Assembly: GCA_964529125.1 (NCBI GenBank)
Contig: CAZGUN010000001.1
Span: 1-32,360, forward strand
Direction: 5' to 3'
DNA length: 32,360 bases
DNA from: an uncultured Candidatus Saccharibacteria bacterium
GTDB lineage: Bacteria; Patescibacteriota; WWE3; UBA101185; UBA10185
Shown here one piece after another: positions 25,473 to 32,286 of the stretch (within the stretch, counting starts at the first letter, position 1; the number at the start of each line of letters is the position of its first letter). Below the pieces are notes generated by a model that worked only from the letters and a program-made list of their open reading frames with translations, had not been told where the DNA came from and did not search any database. The translations under genes were made by a program, and so were the position numbers.

Positions 25473-26792
25473 CTATGCCTTTCCTACGAACACCAAAGGA
25501 GAAATAATCTGGCCTTTAGCTTCAACGTCAATTATATCAAAGGAATAGCCACTTTCGTTATTAACATCAACCACAACTTTGTAGTGACCGCTTGGCAGAG
25601 GGTTAGTTATAGAAAACTGTCCCAAAGCATTAGTTTTTATAGCCCGTACCGGATCGTTGTGTGCATTTTTAATAATTAGAAGAAGATTAGACAAACTTCT
25701 ATTCCGTGGCCCTCTTACCACACCCGTTACTACATTTGGAATGTTGGTTGGTTGTGGTTCGACCATCTCCGTTTCCTTGACCAATACTTTATTGGTTTCC
25801 GGTTCCTGCACTTTCTGTACCTCTTGTACTTTTGCTTTTGGTAACTCCATCCCCTCGGTTTGACCAAGCTGCTTTAGGAATTGTTTTAATTGCTTGGCCT
25901 TTTCTTCCGCATCTCTACTTACTTCCACGTCCTCAACAGTTTTGAGTACCCTTTCCCCTCTTATTGGAAGTACAATATTACCCTCACTTGAAAGAAGATT
26001 TGTGAATTTTCTTCCGGAGTGTCTATCTGGCGTTATTGGAGATAAAGGTGTCGCAGCACTTTGGGAAGGAGGGATTTTAAATGTCTGTTGTCTTTTTGGT
26101 TTTTTTCTCTGCTGAGGCTTTTGTGGCGACTTTTGTTGACTCTCCCGAGCCCTTTGTTCTCTTTGATCTTTGTCCCCAGCGCTTTCAAGAGCCCCAATCT
26201 CCTTGCCGGTTCCTGGACTCTCCACACTTTCAAAATCTGTTTCCACCAACGGCTCCTCAAGAGCTACAGAAGTTTGCATAGGTTCGGTTGACATAAAAGC
26301 AGCATGGATTTTTTCTATGTACGCTTGCTCAGGAATATCCAAAGGATCAACAGGCTGAGTTTCTTGTTGATATTGCAGAAACTGTTCCAGCTTTCTTCGA
26401 CTTGTTGTTGGAGCTAAAGTTATAAGTTCCTGTTTTACTAAAGCTAGGTTTTCGTGAAGAAATACTGATGGGGGTGTTGCTTCTTTTCGCCAAATCTTTT
26501 GATTCTCCTCGTATATGGCTCTGAAGAAATTAACAATCCATTCGTCCAAACCTCTATCTTCAACAGGGACAAATGCAAAGCCCAGACCAAGAAGAATACT
26601 TCCCACTATTGTTGGCCACTTTAGAACCACGGGAACCCTCAGTGAATATGTGGCATAAGCGATTGCTGCAAATATCATAAGATAGAAAAACTGGCGCATT
26701 GTTAGGTCGCCAATGAGCTTGAACTCAACGTCCATTATGTTTTGCGGAACAGCGTGCTGTTTGTTTGATTGTAACGAATCGGTTATGGGCAT
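25473..26792 (-). CDS. PrgI/VirB3-like membrane protein fused to a charged low-complexity linker and a C-terminal CarboxypepD_reg-like beta-sandwich domain
   Basis: 439 aa. The N-terminus AVPQNIMDVEFKLIGDLTMRQFFYLM plus a two-TM hairpin fits the PrgI (VirB3-like) pattern. The middle is rich in K/Q/E/P (QREQRARESQQKSPQKPQQRKKPKRQQ). The C-terminus VVTGVVRGPRN...AIKTNALGQFSITNPLPSGHYKVVV (about 25476..25739) fits a carboxypeptidase-regulatory-like fold. Confidence 0.6.
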   Translation of the reverse strand: MPITDSLQSNKQHAVPQNIMDVEFKLIGDLTMRQFFYLMIFAAIAYATYSLRVPVVLKWPTIVGSILLGLGFAFVPVEDRGLDEWIVNFFRAIYEENQKIWRKEATPPSVFLHENLALVKQELITLAPTTSRRKLEQFLQYQQETQPVDPLDIPEQAYIEKIHAAFMSTEPMQTSVALEEPLVETDFESVESPGTGKEIGALESAGDKDQREQRARESQQKSPQKPQQRKKPKRQQTFKIPPSQSAATPLSPITPDRHSGRKFTNLLSSEGNIVLPIRGERVLKTVEDVEVSRDAEEKAKQLKQFLKQLGQTEGMELPKAKVQEVQKVQEPETNKVLVKETEMVEPQPTNIPNVVTGVVRGPRNRSLSNLLLIIKNAHNDPVRAIKTNALGQFSITNPLPSGHYKVVVDVNNESGYSFDIIDVEAKGQIISPLVFVGKA

Positions 26793-26829
26793 GCGTGGGT
26801 ATTATAGCGCGCTGCGAAGGAATGTTGGA
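26793..26829 (-). promoter_or_regulatory. Putative internal promoter: perfect TATAAT 8 nt upstream of the PrgI-like ATG
   Basis: On the minus strand TATAAT lies at 26801..26806, followed by ACCCACGC and then the ATG (26792..26790). The -35 is weak and no Shine-Dalgarno motif is present. Confidence 0.35.
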
Positions 26830-28329
26830 CTACTTCTTGAATTTCTTTTCTCCAAGAACCGCATCCTCAAGCTTTTTGGGTAACCCGGCAGCCCATACAA
26901 AGATTGCCATCACAATTATTGGGGTTGTTAGAGATAATATTGCGTTGACAGCGCTACCGCCAATAATACCGACTGGGTTTAATGGGGTGCTGGTGGATGC
27001 GATAGTGTAGCCAGTAGGGCCACAAAAACCCTCCTCAAAACTTGACCAAGCAAATGCCAGCCCAAAGGCCAACCCAAAAGTTACGATGGGTATTGTTAAA
27101 ACATTAACTGCAAGATGCTTAAACCAAGTAGCTATCGAGCTTTCATTACCCGGTATTGCCCCCCACGCAAACTGTATCGGGGCAGCGATAACCAAAATAA
27201 GAATTTTTGCGTAAGCCACTAACCCCTTTATGATCAAAATCAACTGCAGTATTATGTATACAATAAAAGCTAGTACCCCAAGGAGCAATCCTACAAGTCC
27301 AATCCCACTTGCCGATACTGCGGAGAGAAGGCCGTTTATCATTATGATTCCCTGAAGAAGAGGGCTTAGCCCAGCCTGTACCGCCCGATAAGGTTCCCAT
27401 GCCACAGAAGTAAGGGGTTTTATCAAACCTACGGCAAGAGCCCCTATGGCGTAACTAAATGCGATTAATGCCAAGGAAACTATAATTCTGGGAATTGCAT
27501 ATTGAATGGTGACAGAGGTTCTGGGGTCAATCTGCTTTCTCATCATTATCATCATGCCAACAATAAGCATAAAAACGGCCATCAGACCAAAGGCAAGATT
27601 TCTGGTTAGTTTCCAAAGTCTTAAAACAAAAGGGAATCCGACAAAACTATCGCCGCTAGTATCAATTTCTTGGGCGAAGGCTGTGTCTTTAAGAAACATT
27701 GTGTTAGAAGCAACATCCCTCGCATAAAAAGCCAAACTCACAGGCACAGGTTCGTGGTATAAGGCGTAGGTTGCACCCGTAGCTATTCCTGCCAGACTTC
27801 CCGATGAGGGAGACCTTCCAAGGGGTCCAAGAGGTTCAAGACCGGCCGCTGCCGCCGCTGGATTTGCTGTAAGGGTGGAGCACACGGAGCTATCAAAATC
27901 GGCAAGAAGGTCGTTTACCCCGGGGGGCATTGCACATATCTGCGGCCCACCCAGCTGACCATCTAGTGCAAGTAATGCGCAGGCATTAAGTTCTTCTTGG
28001 CTAAGTCCTACTGTTGCTCCGGTTGGTATATCCAAGAGAAGAGATGTGAACATATCTTGAACCGTTCTTCTTATATCTATGTCAGGTAAAATTCGAGCCC
28101 CAGCCTCCCAGACGCATCCGATAACACCTCCTACGAGTCCGATGGTCCACTCATATAAATCGTCTGGTGAGTCGGTAAAACAAGGAATTGGATCATCTCC
28201 AGGAAGCGGCGCGCCTTGCGCGTACGCTTTATTAAAAGGAGTTACCAAAAGTAGTGAGATGATTAATAAGACAAGTGCAGTTTTAACTCTATTTCCTCTT
28301 GCGAACATATCTAAGTTAAATTTTTTCAT
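26830..28329 (-). CDS. VirB6/TrbL-like polytopic T4SS membrane protein with a Cys-containing N-terminal ectodomain
   Basis: 499 aa. The signal peptide ends in ...NKAYA|QG. An extracytoplasmic region of about 200 aa carries several Cys, and at least 6 TM helices follow. The call rests on architecture and on position next to VirB3- and VirB4-like genes. Confidence 0.55.
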   Translation of the reverse strand: MKKFNLDMFARGNRVKTALVLLIISLLLVTPFNKAYAQGAPLPGDDPIPCFTDSPDDLYEWTIGLVGGVIGCVWEAGARILPDIDIRRTVQDMFTSLLLDIPTGATVGLSQEELNACALLALDGQLGGPQICAMPPGVNDLLADFDSSVCSTLTANPAAAAAGLEPLGPLGRSPSSGSLAGIATGATYALYHEPVPVSLAFYARDVASNTMFLKDTAFAQEIDTSGDSFVGFPFVLRLWKLTRNLAFGLMAVFMLIVGMMIMMRKQIDPRTSVTIQYAIPRIIVSLALIAFSYAIGALAVGLIKPLTSVAWEPYRAVQAGLSPLLQGIIMINGLLSAVSASGIGLVGLLLGVLAFIVYIILQLILIIKGLVAYAKILILVIAAPIQFAWGAIPGNESSIATWFKHLAVNVLTIPIVTFGLAFGLAFAWSSFEEGFCGPTGYTIASTSTPLNPVGIIGGSAVNAILSLTTPIIVMAIFVWAAGLPKKLEDAVLGEKKFKK

Positions 28330-28342
28330 ACATTCCCTTTAT

Positions 28343-28370
28343 TTTCAACCATTAGGCAATGATATAGAAT
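28343..28370 (+). promoter_or_regulatory. Putative promoter (TTTCAA-16 nt-TAGAAT) placed to give a leaderless mRNA
   Basis: TAGAAT lies at 28365..28370, exactly 6 nt before the ATG at 28377. TTTCAA lies at 28343..28348. Confidence 0.4.
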
Positions 28371-28376
28371 TACCCC

Positions 28377-30410
28377 ATGGCTTCAGGCAACCCACTTTAT
28401 CCAGGATATTATCCAGGTACACCTTATATTAGAGAACCCTCAGGTGGTGGGTCGAAAAGTAAAAGACCGCCCGAGTATCAACCGAGCACAGCCGACACTT
28501 TTTTTGAAGCTCTTTCAAGTACACCACCAACCTCCATACCATTCTGGCTTTGGCAGCAAGAGGTTCAGCAGGCTGAAGATAGCTTCCTACATTTTGCTGG
28601 AGCTCTAAGCGCGCCAGAGTTAGAAAAAGGGTATGGCCGGTATGCTGGGATAGAAACAGAGATTGAAGCTGGGCAGCAGCAGTTTGGTGCGGAAGAAGCA
28701 CAGGAGCTTCCCGGCGCAGCCGGCATTATGGTAAATCTAAACCCTGTCGATTGGATTAAAGATCCAGTCAAACAGGTCAAAAAGCACTTTGAGAGTTCTT
28801 ATAGAGCCATAGCCGATCTGCAGGATTTTACGACCGATACAAAAGTTCTTATGTGGGCGGGTGAGAAGGATAAGAAGGGTAATGTGACGAGGCCTGGATA
28901 TTTTACTGATGAGAGATCCCCCTTTTATTTAAGGAATGCCGACGGACTTGAAGCTTTGTATAAAGATGTCGAAGTTAGAGTCCCACTTTACATGAGAAAT
29001 AGCGCCTCTGCGATTTTTAGAAACAAAGCCTTTGCGGAGGCGAACGTATCAATACTTAACGCTTTGTCAATAGAGTTATATGCAAAAAGAACCTCATTTA
29101 CTGGAGAGGCTCGTAGGGAGGTTGATCTTTTCGAGGCAGGAGCGGCCGTTGCCGACTCCATGGCTGATCTTGGTGGAGCTTTGTACAAAACAAATGAGTC
29201 TTTTGGCGGGGTTTTTATTAACAAGAGAATATTTGATAAGGATGGAAGAGATAAAACTGCCGATGAGGTTAATAAGTTGGGTGGAGAGATTGCCAGAGCC
29301 AAAGCGGCAATCGGAAAGTTTGAAGGTTTGGGCGTGGAAGTGCCTAAGGAGCTTGGGAAATACAAGGACTTTATACAGACGCTGGATGAGGAGTTTAGTA
29401 GGCATGTACGGGTTGAAAGAGTAGGTGGTGTTTCTAAATGGGTTTTGAATGAGGGGTCAGAAACAGCGCTTAACAAAGTAGTAGACTTCCGCCGGACGCA
29501 ATTATTTAGAGCGACCGCCAATGCCGGTATTGGGGGTACCTACATAAATAACCTTACTAATAGAGAGGTGAGAGATCGAAAATCTAACTTAAACAAAGCA
29601 ATAAATGCTAAGAGAGCAGATGGTTCATACATAGTTAGCGAAGCGGGCCGAAAAGTTGGGTTAGTCTCCGCGATGGTGAGGAGGGACTACGAATGGATGA
29701 CGGCGATGGACTTAGCAAGCGCTTTTGAAGAAGGTAAGCTTTTAAGGCAGTACTTATGGGCCAATATCATTTACCCCCGCATTAAAAGATCTACCCCAAG
29801 CTATTACATAGACAGGTTGAAGGACAAAGTTGTTGCCCACAAATTTACTAAAGACACGTACAAACTTATTAAGGGCAACCGTGTATTTGTTGAGGGGGTT
29901 AGTTTTAAGGGAGTGTTTAAAGGGTATGCAAGGAAGTTAGAGTGGCTACAGAAATCAACTTTAAACAAAGCATACGGATGGGCTTTTAGGCCCGCTGAAA
30001 TGATAGGACGTAGAATTTGGGACGCGGTATTAATAGCGCTTGAAGGTGCATTTGGGGGAGCAACCGGTGGGGTAGGCGCAGTAGTTTTCTGGGTTGTAAG
30101 GCAGGCTTTTGCTTATATTGTTACTAAAGCCACCAAATACTTGAGCAACACTTTCAAAGCCCTTAAGAAAATGGATGCTGGGTATTTTTTTGAAGGCACG
30201 CTTGTTTCACTAGCTAGAATTGTAATGGTAGCAGGAATTGTCTTTGCTATACCGGCGTTTATTATAATAATGCTTTTTGGAATGGTTCTAACGGTGATAT
30301 CCCCTGTGGATTCAACTAAAACTGGAAGTTACAGTGTTGGGCAGGGTACGTTGTCGCCGCAAAACACAACTACTTCTGATCAGACATCCCAACCAATATC
30401 CCCTCCCTAA
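28377..30410 (+). CDS. Orphan 677-aa protein: Pro/Tyr/Gly-rich N-terminus, large soluble region and C-terminal TM helices
   Basis: This uninterrupted 2-kb ORF is transcribed divergently from the VirB6-like gene. I recognised no NTPase or other motif. Hydrophobic helices lie near the C-terminus (IWDAVLIALEGAFGGATGGVGAVVFWVV; IVMVAGIVFAIPAFIIIMLFGMVLTVI), followed by a Ser/Thr/Gln/Pro tail. Confidence 0.6.
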   Translation: MASGNPLYPGYYPGTPYIREPSGGGSKSKRPPEYQPSTADTFFEALSSTPPTSIPFWLWQQEVQQAEDSFLHFAGALSAPELEKGYGRYAGIETEIEAGQQQFGAEEAQELPGAAGIMVNLNPVDWIKDPVKQVKKHFESSYRAIADLQDFTTDTKVLMWAGEKDKKGNVTRPGYFTDERSPFYLRNADGLEALYKDVEVRVPLYMRNSASAIFRNKAFAEANVSILNALSIELYAKRTSFTGEARREVDLFEAGAAVADSMADLGGALYKTNESFGGVFINKRIFDKDGRDKTADEVNKLGGEIARAKAAIGKFEGLGVEVPKELGKYKDFIQTLDEEFSRHVRVERVGGVSKWVLNEGSETALNKVVDFRRTQLFRATANAGIGGTYINNLTNREVRDRKSNLNKAINAKRADGSYIVSEAGRKVGLVSAMVRRDYEWMTAMDLASAFEEGKLLRQYLWANIIYPRIKRSTPSYYIDRLKDKVVAHKFTKDTYKLIKGNRVFVEGVSFKGVFKGYARKLEWLQKSTLNKAYGWAFRPAEMIGRRIWDAVLIALEGAFGGATGGVGAVVFWVVRQAFAYIVTKATKYLSNTFKALKKMDAGYFFEGTLVSLARIVMVAGIVFAIPAFIIIMLFGMVLTVISPVDSTKTGSYSVGQGTLSPQNTTTSDQTSQPISPP

Positions 30411-30868
30411 TTTCCAGGATAGTCAACACAACCTATGCCCCCTTGATTACAGTCGTTTATCATAGTAACAAACTGGGTTACGGCGTTTCGGAGAGCTGTT
30501 GCAGGATCTAGCAAAGCTATGTTAAGTCCAAAAGCCCCAATCAGGATTCTGATAAATACAAAAACACCAATTACTATAATAAACCCCACTACCGCTAAGG
30601 TGAGTGTATCTTTTGCACCCTGAAGTCCCTTTGGATCTCCTTGAGACAGTGAGTATTTGTAACCGGAAACAAAAAGCATTATCAAAAAAACAGCCCCAGA
30701 CATATAAACAAGTAGGTTCAATCCCCTAAAGATAAAATCAAATACTGGTCCCAGGTCGTTTGGGACATCGCTTTGGGCGTATGCGATTCTGTGCAGCTTA
30801 GCAAGTACTGCAGTAGTAAATAAAAATAAGGGTTTTAATTTATTTGTTTTAATGTTTAAGTTTTTCAT
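30407..30868 (-). CDS. TrbC/VirB2-like T4SS pilin paralog 1 (C-terminal extension with a Cys pair)
   Basis: 153 aa. The signal peptide ends in IAYA|QSD. The two-helix hairpin core carries the shared loop motif SGYKYSLSQGDPKGLQGAKDTL. The C-terminus has CNQGGIGC and ends in ...DYPGN. Confidence 0.6.
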   Translation of the reverse strand: MKNLNIKTNKLKPLFLFTTAVLAKLHRIAYAQSDVPNDLGPVFDFIFRGLNLLVYMSGAVFLIMLFVSGYKYSLSQGDPKGLQGAKDTLTLAVVGFIIVIGVFVFIRILIGAFGLNIALLDPATALRNAVTQFVTMINDCNQGGIGCVDYPGN

Positions 30869-30876
30869 ATTTTATA

Positions 30877-31338
30877 CTAAAAAGGCACCGGATTTGGAGG
30901 TTGCCCCGGCGGAATGTGCGCTGGCGGAGGGCCCAAAAAGATACTATCAGGATTTTCAACACCAAGCACATTAATGATCACACCCATTATGGCAAAAGCC
31001 CCAACAGTTACTAATAAAGCTACTATGCTGTACGTAAGTGCTTGCTTTGCACCCATCGCAGCCTTCACATCCCCCCGACTTGACATGTATTTTATTCCAG
31101 AAAGGATTGTAGCTATAAGAGATAGAGCTATACCAATTCCCAAAGCTATGTTAATTACTATTCCAGCCAAATCCTCAACAGTTTTAATTTCGCCTGTGTT
31201 TCCTATAGAGTTTTCAGAAATGCTTTTCAGTAGATCGTTCCACTCTTGCGCCCTTGCCATAGCGGTATTTGCTACAAGAAGAAACCCTAGACAACCTAAC
31301 AATATGAGTACTTTTGAATATTTTGGGAGTCTTGTCAT
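30877..31338 (-). CDS. TrbC/VirB2-like T4SS pilin paralog 2
   Basis: I place the start at ATG 31338 (MTRLPKYSKVLILLGCLGFLLVANTAMA|RAQ, a canonical signal peptide). The track ORF begins at TTG 31359. The core loop is SGIKYMSSRGDVKAAMGAKQAL. The Pro-rich C-terminus ends in ...PNPVPF. Confidence 0.6.
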   Translation of the reverse strand: MTRLPKYSKVLILLGCLGFLLVANTAMARAQEWNDLLKSISENSIGNTGEIKTVEDLAGIVINIALGIGIALSLIATILSGIKYMSSRGDVKAAMGAKQALTYSIVALLVTVGAFAIMGVIINVLGVENPDSIFLGPPPAHIPPGQPPNPVPF

Positions 31339-31365
31339 TACGGAAATAAGTATAAACAATAACTT

Positions 31366-31400
31366 AAAGAAAACAAAATGCCCCGCGCTTGGCGAGGCAT
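31366..31400 (-). terminator. Rho-independent terminator downstream of pilin paralog 3
   Basis: The minus-strand RNA reads AUGCCUCGC-CAAGC-GCGGGGCAU, a 9-bp GC-rich stem (one G-U pair) with a 5-nt loop. UUUUGUUUUCUUU follows. It lies in the 63-nt gap between paralogs 3 and 2. Confidence 0.6.
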
Positions 31401-31422
31401 CTTGTTAACTAAGCAGAAAGTA

Positions 31423-31764
31423 CTAAAAGCCCGGAGGCGTTACACCCGGCACAGCTGTACTTGTAGGAGCACCAATAATGTTTAGCAAGACCGTTCTAAT
31501 GGTGAAAGCTCCAATAACCACGATAAATCCAATTACTGCGTTGGTTAAAGAAGTTCTAGCTTCTTGAGCTGCTTTCTGATCACCTTTGGAGGTAATGTAT
31601 TGAATACCGCCTAAGATCAAAAAGACAATCGTTAAAGCAACACCTATTCCGAGAACAATGTTTATAGCCAAACCCAAAATTTCAGGTAATGTGTCAACAG
31701 ACAAGTTTATTATCGTCGGGGTCGTAGGAATGCTTTGTGCGTATACGTGTTGTAATAATGGCAT
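31423..31764 (-). CDS. TrbC/VirB2-like T4SS pilin paralog 3 (no hydrophobic signal-peptide core)
   Basis: 113 aa. The strong Shine-Dalgarno AAGGAGGTG lies about 8 nt upstream, and an in-frame TAA 12 nt upstream rules out a longer N-terminus. The core loop is GGIQYITSKGDQKAAQEARTSL. The protein ends in ...TPPGF. Confidence 0.65.
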   Translation of the reverse strand: MPLLQHVYAQSIPTTPTIINLSVDTLPEILGLAINIVLGIGVALTIVFLILGGIQYITSKGDQKAAQEARTSLTNAVIGFIVVIGAFTIRTVLLNIIGAPTSTAVPGVTPPGF

Positions 31765-31789
31765 CAGTATTCTTTACACCTCCTTTAAA

Positions 31790-32278
31790 TTAAAAACCAG
31801 GATCGCTTCCTGTAATTAAACTACCAATTAATATTCGCAGGATACCTATAGATAATAGAACGAATAACATGCCCATTATAGCAGATGTGAGCTGTTCTTT
31901 AGCCTCCATTGTCTTTTTTGGATCTCCCTGGCTAGTCATAAACATATAACCGCCTACAACTATGAGGATAAACCCAATGATAATTGCGAGGGGTAGGGTT
32001 ATGTTATACACAATTTTGATAAGACCGCTAACGTCAAACCCCTTTCCAATGATAGGCCCGGGAGGTGTGCCTGTGCATTGGCAACTAAAGTTTCCCTGGT
32101 CATTGGGCACACACTGCCCGCCTGTGTAACCGCCTGCAATACATGCTGAAGCGCACGCATGGGCTTCGCAGGCTGCGTATACTTTTGCGTCTGTTGTTAA
32201 AAGAAATGCTGTGAGTACAACACAGACAACGGAGGCAATCTTTAAAATTTTTCTTTGATATAATGCGTTCATGCCCAC
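31790..32278 (-). CDS. TrbC/VirB2-like T4SS pilin paralog 4 with an N-terminal six-cysteine (defensin-like) module
   Basis: 162 aa, starting at GTG 32278 or ATG 32272. The signal peptide ends in ...DAKVYA|A. The module ACEAHACASACIAGGYTGGQCVPNDQGNFSCQC follows, then a TGTPPGP linker. The core loop is GGYMFMTSQGDPKKTMEAKEQL. The protein ends in ...SDPGF. Confidence 0.65.
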   Translation of the reverse strand: MGMNALYQRKILKIASVVCVVLTAFLLTTDAKVYAACEAHACASACIAGGYTGGQCVPNDQGNFSCQCTGTPPGPIIGKGFDVSGLIKIVYNITLPLAIIIGFILIVVGGYMFMTSQGDPKKTMEAKEQLTSAIMGMLFVLLSIGILRILIGSLITGSDPGF

Positions 32279-32286
32279 TGTCAGGA

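Noticed and set aside
28988-29521. 177-aa and 103-aa minus-strand ORFs, and a 114-aa plus-strand ORF in another frame, inside the 677-aa gene.
   Set aside because: They are nested within a 2-kb uninterrupted ORF. Their Ser/Leu/Pro-rich composition is typical of antisense or off-frame translation, so the long frame is preferred.
30914-31408. A 164-aa plus-strand ORF antisense to pilin paralog 2.
   Set aside because: It is a shadow ORF opposite a gene with a clear signal peptide and the conserved pilin core motif. It also runs through the terminator hairpin and has no recognisable features.
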